Shown here: one piece after another, positions 25,481 through 37,980 of the stretch
Numbering within the stretch: position 1 is the stretch's first letter
Layout: every line of letters starts with the position of its first letter
Made by a program: the position numbers and the translations under genes
Assembly (NCBI RefSeq): GCF_004010195.1
Contig: NC_057718.1
Span: 35,354,161-35,418,160, forward strand
Length of the DNA: 64,000 bases
Reading direction: 5' to 3'
Origin: Chiloscyllium plagiosum
Taxonomy: Eukaryota
The notes under the pieces: generated by a model
The model's database searches: none
The model's input: the letters and a program-made list of their open reading frames with translations, nothing else
Told to the model about the DNA's origin: nothing

Positions 25481-26588
25481 ATCTGTTTCTGAAGACTGTC
25501 TCTATTTAATGACACCAGGACAAGATGAGATGCGTGCAAGGGTACTGAAGAAAGTGAGGGTGGAAATTGTCGATTTTGACTTAGGTTCTCTTAGTTTCTA
25601 ATTTTGCTGTGATTTTGCAAACTTCATTAAACTTAGCGGTGGTTGCAGAGGACTGGGGAATTGCAAACATTACACTTCTGTACAGAAAAAGAGTGTTAGA
25701 GTTAATTACAGACCAGTCACTTGAACTTCAGTGATAGGGAGAATTTGAGAAACAATAACATGGACAAATATGTTTTAATTATGGAGAGCCAGCATGGATT
25801 TCAAGAGGAAAAATTGCTTTTAAATAACTTGCTGGGGTATTTGAAGAGGTAACAGAGAGGGCTTATGAGAGTAGAGCTGTTAATGTGGAGTATGTGGACT
25901 TCCAAATGGTCTTTGATACAGTGCCACACAACAGACCTGTGAACAAAGTTAGAGTTCATGGAATAAAAAGGATAGCAGCAACATGAATACAAAATTGACT
26001 TGAGTGATAGGAAACTGAAAGTAATGTTTGATGGATAAATTGTAAATCGGTGCAAGACTTAAAGTGGAGTTCCCTCAGACACTTGCTTCTTCCTGATATA
26101 TATTAATGATATAGATCTTTGTGTAATGGGGAAAATTTCAACCTTTGTGGATGATATAAAACTTAGAAACATTGCACACTATGACTTTGATAAACTGGTG
26201 GAATGGCAAATGGCTGGCAGATGAAGTTCAATGTAGAGAAGTGTGAAAAGATACATTTTGGTAGAGAAATGATAGAGAGACAGCATAAAATGAAGAGTAC
26301 TACCCTAAAGGGTGCACAGGAGAAAAGAGATCTGGGTGTATATGAACATAAGTCATTAAAGGTGGCAGTACAGATAGAGAGCAGTCAATAAAACATATTG
26401 TATCCTCGGCTTTATTAATAGTAGCATAGATTACAAGATCAAGGCAGTTATGTTGAACTTGTAAAGGACATTAATTAGCCGTGAGTTGGAGTACTGCATA
26501 CAGTCTTGGGTGCCAAATTGCTGGAAAGATGTAACTGTATTGGAGAGAACCAAAAGAGATTTCCAGGAATAGGTCGAGAATTGAGAAA

Positions 26589-26782
26589 GATTAGAGTGGT
26601 GCTGGAAAAGCACAGCAGTTCACGCAGCATCCAAAGGGCAGGAAAATCAATGTTCCTGATGAAGGGCTTTTGCCCGAAACGTCAATTTTCCTGCACCTCG
26701 GATGCTGCCTGAACTGCTGTGCTTTTCCAGCACCACTCTAATCTAGAATTTGGTTTCCAGCATCTGCAGTCCTTGTTTTTAC
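26589..26782. mobile_element. Palindromic HHR mini-element
   Basis: Inverted arms at about 26588-26654 / 26678-26744. TSD cgagaattga(g/a)aaa (26575-26588 / 26783-26796). Confidence 0.88.
26656..26683 (+). ncRNA. Minimal hammerhead ribozyme motif (best-preserved copy)
   Basis: CUGAUGA-A-GGGC-UUUU-GCCC-GAAA-CGUC: both catalytic boxes, a perfect stem II and a GUC triplet. Confidence 0.85.
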
Positions 26783-27205
26783 CGAGAATTGAAAAACTTC
26801 AGATATAAAGGTTTATTGAAAAAGTTGTTTTTCTCAGAGATGAGAAGGCTGAGAGGAGACTGTTCAAAATCATGAAAGGACTGGAGAGCAGTTTCCACTT
26901 GTACAAAGATTGAGGATGAGAGCACAGATTTACAGTAAGTTTCAAAAAAAAAGCAACGGTGATGTGAGAAAAAAAGGTCTCATAGCACATAGCTAGGGTA
27001 TGGGCAGCACTATCTGAAAGTGTGGCAGAGGTAAGTTAAATCGAGACATTCAAGAGGACATTAGATGACTATTTGATTGGAAACAATGTGCAGTGTTACG
27101 GGGAAGAAATAGGACAATGTCATAGTCATAATGTACAATTGGAGAGCCAGTGTGGACAGTGGGCCAAATGATCTCCTTCTGCAGTTTAACATTTCTGTGA
27201 TTTCA

Positions 27206-27346
27206 CAGCTCATGTTTGAAACAGAACTGCAGCCACAGAATAGGGCTAGGATGGCACTGCCAATGCCTGTCAAGGTCACTGTGATCTCCAATTTCCATGC
27301 TTCAGGATGCTTCCAGAATGGACCGGTGGCCATTTTCAACATTTCT
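27206..27346 (+). pseudogene. Harbinger (HARBI1-like) transposase N-terminal fragment
   Basis: ELQPQNRARMALPMPVKVTVISNFHASGCFQNGPVAIFNIS matches the L.P...R..ALP...KV...L.F.ASGSFQ...GD...IS pattern. Confidence 0.7.
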
Positions 27347-30039
27347 GTTTACAACAATTTGCTGCATTTAGGCAGTCATCAATACCCTACACACAAAACA
27401 AAGGTCTTCATTATCCTCTCTTTAAGCAACAGCAAAGCAAAGTGGATGCTAATGTGTCTGGAACCCATGCCTAGCTTTATTTTCCATCAACTGCAATGCT
27501 AAAAAAAGAAGGTGGATTAATGAATGTCCATTGTGTGCAACTGCTGAGGTCTAGCTTACCCCGTTACTAACTAGAGAGTGATTTGTTGCTTGGATCCTAG
27601 AGATGAAGAAGTTGTCCAATTACTAACTTTCACTCTGCTGTCCTGTTGGTTTTGTTTGCTCTTAAATGTGGATGGAAAGATGGCAGAAAGTAATTTATCC
27701 CTTCAGAAAATCATTGAGGACTCATTTACAGGATGTGTGTGTGCGTTTGAAATTGCAGCTGCACTAAATTAATGTTTCACGTCAGTTTGAATGAACCAAG
27801 ATTGTGGACAAATTCCAGATCTTGTCAAAACTGGCTTAGAAACTTCGAACATGTCTAGAGGTCAGTGAAGCTTGTGTCATGAAGAAATTCAACCAGATGT
27901 GTTTCAACCAAAGTCCTCAAGGCAATCAGTGAGGAAATAGATAGAAGGCTTCATCATATAATTCGGAGCCCCTGTATGGAATACCTGAAATTATTTAGAA
28001 TAGGGAGTATTATTCCAATATGCCAGCATAGATTGTATTGTATTCAGTTACATTGACTGTAATCACAATTTGAATAGTTGGACATAAGTTTTCTATGAGC
28101 CCATCATTTCCAGGAATCTGCTTGGCAGGGCCAAGCTGCGAGTCAGCAGAATGACTGGTGGAGGTTTTGTCACGCTTCAGTGGAGTTCCGCTGGCTTTCC
28201 AATATTGGCAAGTATGAGAGCGGGCAAATAAAGCCATGAAGAAAGCATAAGTGCTGTTAGGATCGCAGAAATAGGGCAACGAAATAATGTGAAATTTGTA
28301 CGAACAATGGTTAGCCCACAGTCGGAGTACTGTATGCAGTGTGGCCCCTGAGCTCTGCTCATGGTTGATGTGAGGGTGAGTCTCCATGAATGTTGTGAGG
28401 GTGGGTGTGAGTTGTCATATAATTGCACTGGGTGGACATATGAGGGGAATAAGGGGTGAATGGGGACTTAGGAGTTTCATTGAGATATCACCAAACTTGG
28501 CATGGAGGGCATTAGGGGCCAGAGGTGGGTCAGTAGAGGAGCACAGATTAGCATGGGTGATATGAAGTGCCAGGAGAGGTGGACATTTCCATCACAGAAA
28601 GGAGTTTAAAATCATAGAGTAACAGTGTAGCTCTACTAGGAAGTGGGAATGGGAAACTAAAGTTGAGAAGAGTGACATGAGATATTGGGACTCTTCCCAC
28701 TGGAGCTGTAAAGGGTGAGAGGAGGTTAAAATTAGATTTTAAAACAATGCAAGGTTTAGAAAGAGTCAGACCAGACAATTCTCATTTAGTATTCAATTAT
28801 CAACATTCCACTACTTACTCTTCATGAATGACCCAGAGAGACTCATCAATATATCTCTTCACTTCTATTCTTTTTTTGATTCACTTCTTATCTCTAATCT
28901 GTATTCATGTGTGTTGTGTTATCATTCCTTTTCATAGTTGGTCACTAAGAAACTCACTCTGTTGTTCACTCAAAAAAGCCTGATTGGCTTGTCTCGTTTC
29001 AAAACATAAATTCATGCGGTCTGGGAGAAAGGTATCCTGAAGAAAGTGGTCCTTTTTAAATGAAACATGTTGTGACCAATCAAAGAGGGATGGGTGAATA
29101 AAGCCGAAGAGCCAGTTCATGTGTCTTCGGCTGGGAGGTGAATGATTTGGGTATCTACCTGTAACTGGAATAACTTGGGGAATCTTACCTGCGGTCTGGT
29201 TGTAACAATCTTAAACTTTTTCCGGTTTTAATAAAAGAACATTAACCTGAAATGTTGATTGTTTCTTTTCCCAGAAATACCGCCTGACATACTGAATGTT
29301 CCTATCATCTACTTTTTAAAATCTATCCTAGTGTAAGATCTCTCCCACATTCTTGCAAGTTGAGTCACAACATCTTGCTACCTCTCGCTATTCTTCCCTT
29401 CTGGAATCTGTAGACTAATCTTGCCTGTGAGCTTTCACGGATATTATGGTCCCTTCCCCTCTCAGAGTCCACATTCATGGCACTTAGGCCTTGGATTCAG
29501 TTATAAATGCCAATCAGCTGTCCTTGAGAACCCAATTGTCTTTTAACTTGGAAGCAAATGAACAGTTCAAAACATAGCTGTCAACAACCCAAGATCCTCA
29601 ATACGTTTCTGAGACCTTGGAGCTCCATACTCTGTCCACTATCAATACACAGGCTGCTGCCATTGTCTCCAACTGTAAAAGTCTTCCACCTTCCTCTCAG
29701 TAAATCAATCTGGACTCCCTTTGATCTCTGATCAAGCCACCCAGACTTGCCATCAGCCAGACTACCATCCACATGATATGAACCGCCTCAATTTTATTTT
29801 AAAGATGCAGTCCCAAAATATAACTGTTTAATAAACTCCATAATCGTAACTCAGACAGGCCAGTGAACAGACAGCCCTGGCAGAGATAACCACAAACATG
29901 AAACAGAAATGGCCAAATATTTCCCTGGCGATGACCATATCAATTTGAGACAGCTTGTTGCACTCTGACCTTTGAGTCAGAATGTTCTAAATTCTAAAAC
30001 CCATTCCTGAACTTTAACACATACTTTAGATGCTTTGGT

Positions 30040-30597
30040 TAAAAACAATGACTGCAGATGCTGGAAACCAGATTCTGGATTAGTGGTGCTGGAAGAGCAC
30101 AGCAGTTCAGGCAGCATCCGAGGAGCAGTAAAATCGACGTTTCGGGCAAAAGCCTTTCATCAGGAATAAAGGCAGAGAGCCTGAAGGNNNNNNNNNNNNN
30201 NNNNNNNNNNNNNNNNNNNNNNNNNNNNNNNNNNNNNNNNNNNNNNNNGGCAGAGTGGGAGGGGGAGTTGAAATGTTGGGCCACAGGGCGGTGTGGTTGA
30301 TTGGTGCGGATGTCCCGGAGATGTTCCATAAAGCACTCTGCTAGGAGGCGTCCAGTCTCCCCAGTATAGAGGAGACCGCATCGGGAGCAACGGATGCAAT
30401 AAATGATATTGGTGGATGTGCAGGTAAAACTTTGATGGATGTGGAAGGCTCCTTTAGGGCCTTGGATGGAGGGGAGGGAGGAGGTGTGGGCGCAGGTTTT
30501 GCAATTCCTGTGGTGGCAGGGGAAGGTGCCAGGATGGGAGGGTGGGTTGGAGGGGGGCGTGGACCTGACCAGGTAGTCATGGAGGGAACGGTCTTTG
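30040..30597 (-). mobile_element. Penelope-like element 3' end (GIY-YIG and HHR), young, with TSD
   Basis: Minus strand encodes CKTC...FTCTSTNIIYCIRCSRCGLLYTGETGR...EH...PVAQHFNSPSH. HHR at 30136-30163. Perfect 16-bp TSD ctttagatgctttggt (30024-30039 / 30598-30613). Confidence 0.9.
30188..30248. other. Assembly gap (61 N)
   Basis: Run of N. Confidence 1.
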
Positions 30598-31065
30598 CTT
30601 TAGATGCTTTGGTATAGCAGTGACAGAGACTAGCAAGGTCAGGGAAGGCTCAAAAGCAAACAGTGGGCTGTGTTTATATGACGCAAACCCAAGTTTGCAA
30701 GGGGAATTCATCTATGACAGAGATGTAGAGGGATTAGTCTATAGTGATAAACCTCCCGCAACCCAGACATCTAGTTTAAGTTCCCATGCTCCAGACTGTT
30801 ATGTTCCTTCCAGAGAGTGACAGCTTCCGTGCTCTCTGCACTACTCCACATGATGCTCATATGATCATGACAGTGATCAGCACTCCTCAGGACAGTCTAA
30901 AAGGAAAACGTAAACAGTTTGTAATATCTGTCATTGCGGTGCTGCCCCTTTAAGAGATCTGGTTAGGTAACTCACAAGGGCGGAGCCAGGGGCTCAGACA
31001 CATACTGGCTGTGGAGGTGTGAGCATCTGAAATAAAAGGTTCTTAGTCAGTGCTTTACTTGTGCC

Positions 31066-31352
31066 TACCTTGGGCGACTGTCTGTGTGGAGTTTACACAT
31101 TCTCCCCGTGTCTGCGTGGGTTTTCTCTGGGTGCTCCGGTTTCCTCCCACAATTTGAAGATGTGTAGGTTAGGTGGATTGGCCATGCTGAATTGCTCATA
31201 TCATCTTGGGATGTGCTGGCGAGGTGGCTTAGCTGTGGGAAATGCAGAGTTACAGGGGTAGGGGAATGGGTCTGAGTGGGATGCTCTTTGTAGGGTCAGT
31301 GTGGACTCGATATGCCGAATGGCCTACTTCCACACTGTAGGGATTCTATTCT
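31066..31352 (+). mobile_element. HE1-like V-SINE, 5' truncated
   Basis: V-domain plus tail ...ccacactgtagggattctattcta. Confidence 0.85.
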
Positions 31353-31427
31353 ATATTTTGTATATAATGCCTGGTTCCCAGCAAATTACAAACTTAACAT
31401 GAAGCCTTAACAGATTGGAAGAAGCCA

Positions 31428-31718
31428 CAGGAGGTTCAAGGTGAGATGGGAAAAATTTAAGGGAGATGCGCAAAGGAAGTTTTTCACACAGAGAGTGATA
31501 GGAACCTGGAACGCACTGCCAGAAGAGGTGGTGGAAACAGGCATGTTGGTGACATTTAAGAGGTACCTGGATGGTTACATGAATAGGGAGGGAATAGAAG
31601 GATACAAACCACAAAAAGGCAAAAGGTTTGTTCTTTAGTTTAGTTAGGGCCTGATGATCAGCACAGGCCTGGAGGGCTGAAGGGCCTGCTCCTGTGCTGT
31701 ATTTCTCTTTGTTCTTTG
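31428..31718 (+). mobile_element. CR1 3' end
   Basis: FKGD..RKFFTQRVIGTWNALPEEVVE...FKRYLD followed by a 3' UTR. Confidence 0.85.
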
Positions 31719-31829
31719 ACTGTGGTACAAGGTACAATATCTGTGCAAAGGGGCAGGTTGAACAGAGTGTTGACACCCACCCACAGAAAGTGATTTCAGT
31801 GTTCATTGCAGTAAAATGTGGCACTTCAG

Positions 31830-33015
31830 TGGGCAAACAAAAGTGGCTTATTGTTACTTAATTATTATTTAAATGGTGATATATTTGGAAATTTTGAGGT
31901 AAAAAGGAGCCTGGGTGTTGTTGCACTGCGGGCAAGGAAAACAAGAATGCAGGTGCCGCAAGCAGTTGGAAAGGCAGATGATATTTTGCCCTTTATTGCA
32001 AAAGGGTTTGGCATAGGAGCCAGGAAGTCTTGCAGCAGCTTTACAGGGCCTTGGTGAGGCCACACTTGGAGTGGTGTGTGCAATTTTGGGTTCCTTTCCT
32101 AAGATAATGTTTAGTTGCTGTAGAGGTGTTCTATAATGCCTCACAGCAAGTATGTATTATGCTCATATTACCATCGCCACATTATGGCATGTGACCTGAT
32201 GGTATAAACGCCTCAGACTCCATCCTACTGAAGCATTACACAGTGAGGGAAACATGCTACAGTTTACATCAGAAGTGTTTATCTTGAACTTAGACATGCA
32301 TGTGCCTGTGATTGTAATATAAGTAGATACCAGGATCTGCAATAAATGTCGATTGAACCCTTCAGTATTATATTACCCACATCTCATTCTTATGTCATAG
32401 GGGCTAACAAAAGTAACACATCATTAGGCATGAATATCCTGCTGAAGATAAAAGCCCATCACTGCAGAAAAATGTGGGTTAACAGCAGTGGCCATTAACA
32501 AATCCAGGTATCACATCACAGTGGCAGCAGATTACATTTATTACATTGAGCGGGAGTGAAGAGAAAATTCACCAGACTGATTTTTGGGATAGTAAGTTTG
32601 TTGTATGAGTAGAGATTGGCTTCACTGCTTCTGTATTCATTGGACTTTAGAAGAATGAGAGCAATCTCATTAAAACATATAAAATTCTTGCAGGGCCAGA
32701 CAGTCTGGATGCAGTGATGACGATTCCTGTCTCTGGGAATTCCAAACCAAAGGGTCACAGTCTCAGGATGCTGGACAGGACATTTCAAACTGAGATTAGG
32801 AGAAATTTCTTCAAGCAGTGGGTGGTGCACCTATGGAATTCTCTTCCACAAAAAGCTGGGGAGACCAGGTCACTAAGTAAATTTAAGAAGGAAGTAGTTA
32901 ATTTCTCGAGGTCAGAGATGTCAAATGGTTTGGGGTGAGAGACAGAGTTTGGTATTGAGATAGGTAATCAGCCATGATCATATTGAATAGTGGAGTGGAC
33001 TTGTTGGGCTGATGG
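31830..33015 (+). mobile_element. Degraded CR1 ORF2 C-terminus, interrupted at about 32125-32545
   Basis: Y.LNG...LGV...QV..AV.KA, later RRNFF.Q.VVHLWNSLP. Confidence 0.75.
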
Positions 33016-33154
33016 AGGTGCCTGCATCCTGGAAGGAAGGGCATGGTGAGGAATGACACTTCTGGACTCTCCTAAGGGAACAATCCCTAGGTAACTGTCC
33101 TTTACTGCTCCTCCTTGTTAGTGCACAATAAACCTCTCCCTCTCCTGGTGCAAA

Positions 33155-33808
33155 TGGGGCTACTGCAAGTGGAGACATCGGGGAGACAGGAACTGTATCT
33201 GTTGCACCTGATGTGGTTTCCTCGACATCAAGGAGACAGGACGCCAACTTGTGGATTGTTTCAGAGAACACCTCCGCACCAACTAACCCTACCGTCCTGT
33301 GACTGAACACTTCAACTCCCCCTCCCACTCTGCCAAGGACATGCAGGTCCTGGGGCTCCTCTATCGCCAAACCCTTACCACCCAAAGCCTGGAGGAAGAA
33401 TGCCTCATATTCCGCCTTGGGACCCTGTAAACACACGAGATCAATGTGGATTTCACCAGTTTCCTCATTTCCCCTCCCCTCACATTATCCCAATCCCAAG
33501 CCTCTAACTCGGCAGTGCCTTCCTGACCTGTCCATCACCTTTCCCACCTATCCACTCCACCCTCCTCTCCAACCTATCACCTTCTCCCTCACCTTCATCT
33601 ACCTGTCGCATTCTCACCTACCTTCTCCCCAACCCCACACCCCCTCCCATTTATCTCTCAGCCCCCGACCCTCAAGCCTCATTCCTGATGAAGAGCTCAT
33701 TCCCAGAGCATCGATTCTCCTGCTCCTCAGACGCTGACTGACCTGCTGTGCTTTTCCAGCACCACACACTCTCAGATCTCCAGCATCTGAAATCCTCACT
33801 TTCTCCTA
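33155..33808 (+). mobile_element. Penelope-like element 3' end (degraded GIY-YIG, HHR remnant)
   Basis: Reverse-complement homologue of 11195-11823. CTGATGA at 33685. Confidence 0.85.
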
Positions 33809-34000
33809 CTGAAAGTGGAGGCTGGGTTGGTGGGTGCAGGGAGGGGGTGACGGGGGAGGAGGGGTTTTGGTCAAGGTCCCTCAGCTGGAAATGCCTGGTA
33901 CCCAACTTCCTGTATCATGCCAATCCTGTGGGGTGGCAACTTCATGATTCTAACTCACTCTCTTGAACATGCAACATTGAGTAAACAGTGGTACAGTCCA

Positions 34001-34191
34001 CAGGTCATTCACCTTCTTGCAGCATAGGAGCCAGGTTCTCCTGAGGCACCCACGGGAACTGACCTCCACAACCCCTTCTGTCCAGGCTGCCTTTGTCAGT
34101 CAGGATGGCATCTTGTTGCCATCCCTCAAGAAAAGACTTCCCTTTTCTCCATGATAGCCTTCAGGAGAACCTCTGAGGAGGTGTCACTAAA
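34001..34191 (-). pseudogene. Harbinger-type Myb/SANT (NAIF1-like) ORF remnant
   Basis: Manual translation FSDTSSEVLLKAIMEKREVF/DGNKMPS*LTKAAWTEGVVEVSSRGCLRRTWLLCCKKVNDL. Confidence 0.7.
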
Positions 34192-36856
34192 GCATGATGC
34201 TGCTCTTTTCCTGGTCTCCAGAGATGGATGGGAGGTGATGAACAGAGGTTAAGTGATTCTCCTGGAGTGCAGAGAATGAAGTGCTGATTGAATATTTTTA
34301 AATATGCATCCAGATGTTGGAGCCAAGAAGATACTGGCACATGCTATAGCTGAGAGATACATTAAAAACCTTACGAACCCATCCCACCCTTTAGGCCTGT
34401 CCCCATATTTACTCTCAAAAAACAGGGTTCTGCCAATTGTTTCAAGTTGAAGAAGAGTCTTATTGAACTTGAAATGTAACTCATTTTCTCTCTCCACAGA
34501 CGTGCTGAATTTCTCCAGCACATTTTTTTAACATTTGAATTATCCAGTTTTCATTGATGTAACTTCACAGTGAAGCATTCGGTTAATGACAAAAATGACC
34601 TTTAAGCCATTAGACATAACCATCAATCCATTTTTACTTATATTAGTTAACAAACCCTAACATAAGTGAGGGTCATCATTTTGATTTAGCACACACTAAA
34701 GAACACGCCATATTTTAAAGAGGTGACAAAGAAGGAATTACAATGATTTCAAACAAGTCGTCATAGGGGAATAAAGGGGGGAAATTCGAGGGCACCCGGT
34801 GTGCACCTTAACAACAGATCACATAGTGGAGAAGTGGAATGTATATTGGGAATAAACATGAACAAAAATGAGGAAATAGAGTAGCAGACAGAGACTTGAG
34901 TGAATGATACACCTAAATGAAGTATTTGTTCCACTGAGATCCTTATATCTATGCTGGCCAGCATGTCAGGAAACTTCATAACCATTCAGGGAGGGGGGAA
35001 GAAATGAAGTTTTTTTGCTAGCAGCAACAGAAAATAAGGCATATTTTAATCACAGTGCAAGAAAATAATAATAATACCAGTCCAATAATCCTATAAAGCA
35101 AGCAAGACAAACAATGCAACAGATGCCACTCCTTCTGAGCTGGAAGTCAATAGATTAGAAGAACTTTGACCCGTATTGTAAACAGTTACAACAGAAATCA
35201 GATTGGACTCTACAAAGACAAATTTTAAAGCAACCAGGACAGTTTAATCAGTAAATTACAAACAACTGTAAAAATACATTTTAAGAATAAACAGCTGAAC
35301 TACAGTTTAGCCCTAATTAGTGAGGGGTTTTTTTTGTATGTCTGGGCTCAGAGCAATGGAAAATTCCATTCCTGTTCCAGTTTATGTGCAGCTTAATCTT
35401 GCCATCTTTAATGTTCTCAAGCATTTCAGGAACACATAATGAAAATACAATCGCACTGACAAGAAGAAGGATTCTCTATGGAATTCATTAAAATGTTACC
35501 CTTTGCTCTTAAATTATGTTGTTTCAGGCTCAAAATCGTCTGTACTGGGGATTGTACATTTCTCAATAAAGGCTATATGGATTTATTGTGAAATCCAATT
35601 AGGTGTGTTTGTCATCTTTTAATCCACATGGTTTTATGTTTTATCTTGAAAGCAATAAATTTTACATTTGCCCTGGCTATCAGCCATCATGCCCTTTGGC
35701 TTTTTTCCCAATCTAGCTAACAAAGCACAGTGTAATTAATCTTTGCCAATTTGGCTAAATTAACAAAATGAATCATTATGTACATATGCAGCAGTGATAG
35801 CTTGTTTGAAATAAATGTTTATACAGTTTGAAATGTTTCATAACTGAAATTTGGCTACTTTTTGGCTAGAAACTTTCAAACATGCAAAGAGATTCATACT
35901 AGTTCACTTTTTGAAACTTGATTGCAAGTTTTAGACTTTAAATGCCTAACTCTAAAATTTAAACGTAGTCATTTTTCATTTAGCTGTTGGTTAACCAGGA
36001 TTTCCTTTAAATCTCTTAATATCCTGTTGAATTCTTTTAACTTGAGGAGAAACAGAGGTGAAAACATATATTTACTAATACAAGCAAACTCAGATTCGAA
36101 AAGTAGAAATTTGATTGTCAGTTGAAAAAGAAATAGGGCTTATTCTAAGTTTCTACAACAAAATATGAAACCTTAGTCTGAAACCAATGTAAGCTCTAAA
36201 ACCTTACACAAATTAAATTTTACGCAGTTTAATAAGAAATATAAACATATTTTAGTATTGATATTTGGCAGCAGTATGCTCCATGCATCTTAACCTTTTT
36301 ACCGCAAAAGCAATTTAACATATGACAACCACTGTTACTTATTTAGGATCCATTTGTGTTAACACAATTAGCATTGGACGATGTATCATCTTTTAGAGAC
36401 ATAAGCGCAAACCCAAACAGAACAAAACAGATAATTGGATTCTAACTCAGTTCAACAGCTATTGTAAACAAAATTTAACATAGAAAGGGAAAGGAGTATG
36501 GAAAACTCCTCATATCTTGGCTGACATTTACTCCTCAATCAAAAACCTAAAACATATGAAATACAAACAATCCAAATAAGTACATTTTATTGGCAGCATC
36601 AGTGGAAAATTGTTCCAGAGAAGAATCACTGGACTTGAAATGTTATCTCTGCTTCTCTCCACAGATGCTGTCAGACCTGCTAAGCTTCTGGAACAATTTC
36701 TGGTTTGATTTCAAATTTCCAGTATTTTGATTTTATCTGTAACAATTAATCCGTCCGCTTACTTGCTTACTGTCAATGGGATCAAATTGCATGCTTCCCA
36801 CATCACTGATAGTGAAGTACTTGAGACATCCTGAGGGTGTGGAGGGTGCTACATTC

Positions 36857-37193
36857 AGATTCCCTACAGTGTAGAAACAGGCCATCTGGCTCAACAAGTC
36901 GACACCAACCCTCCAAAGAGTAACCCATCAGACCCATTCCCCTACTACTCTGCATTTATCCCAGAAATACACACCCTTGAATACAAATTATGGGTCATTT
37001 TTTAAGCATAACCAATTCACCTAACCAGCACATCTGTGGACTGTGAGAAGATACCGGAGCACCTAGAGGAAACCCATGCAGACACAGGGAGAATGTGCAA
37101 ACTCCATACAGACAGTCACCCAAGGCTGGAATCGAACCCAGGTCCCTGGCGCTGTGACGCAGCAGTGCTAACCACTGAGCCACTATGCCACCC
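36857..37193 (-). mobile_element. HE1-like V-SINE
   Basis: A box TGGCTCAGTGG, B box GGTTCGATTCC and V-domain. Confidence 0.88.
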
Positions 37194-37448
37194 CAAACAT
37201 GTAAGTCTTTCTTTCATGATAAAGCATCCATTAATTAAAAATCAAATTATCTGTCCTTTGTGTAATATTTGCGTCTTCACTGACTTTGCTTACATTACTT
37301 TTCTGAATGAATGTTTAAATTGACTGCATGGAAATTTTTACAAAGCAATTAGTTTAGAATATAAAAACATGAGCAACTCATTGCAGGCCAGATATGTATA
37401 TCTGATCACCATACATGCTGTCAGTTTTAAAATTCGGATCCAAAATAA

Positions 37449-37980
37449 AGTCATAGAGTCACAGGATGTACAGCATGGAAACAGACCTTTTGGCCCTACT
37501 TTTCCATACTGACCAGATATCCTAACCTAATCTCATCCCATTTGCCAGCACTTGGCCCATATCCCTCTAAACTCTTCCTATTCAAATAACCATCCAAATG
37601 TCTTTTAAATGTCGTAATTATATCAGCCTTCACCACTTCCTCTGGCAGCTCATTCCATACATGCACCACCCTCTGAGTGAAAAGGTTGCCTCTTAGGTCC
37701 CTTTTATATCTTTCCCCTCTCATCCTAAATCTATGCCCTCTAGTTCTGGACTCCCTCACCCCAGGGAAAAGGCTTTGTCTATTTATCCTATCCATACCCC
37801 TCTTGATTTTATAAACCTTGATAAGGTCACCCCTCAGCCTCCAATGCTCCAGGGAAAACAGCCCCAGCCTGTTCAGCCTCTCCCTATAGCTCAAATCCTC
37901 CAACTCTGGCAACATCCTTGTAAATCTTTTCTGAACCCTTTCAAGTTTCACATCCATCCGATAGGAGGGAGACCAGAATT
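37449..37980 (-). mobile_element. Young CR1 3' end
   Basis: ORF 37496-37957 LERVQKRFTRMLP...RTRGH.F...FTQRVV.VWNELP, ending in a (tgactcta)n tail. Confidence 0.92.

Larger units (their letters stand above)
20845..27200 (+). mobile_element. Old, near full-length, heavily interrupted CR1 LINE (ORF1 esterase-like region through ORF2 to 3' UTR)
   Basis: Collinear traces: VHVGTN (gtccatgttggtaccaat, about 21981), endonuclease region at 22.7-23.1 kb, gacttccaaatggtctttgatacagtgcc (about 25896), WQMKFNVEKC (about 26215) and a 3' end at about 27190. Confidence 0.8.
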
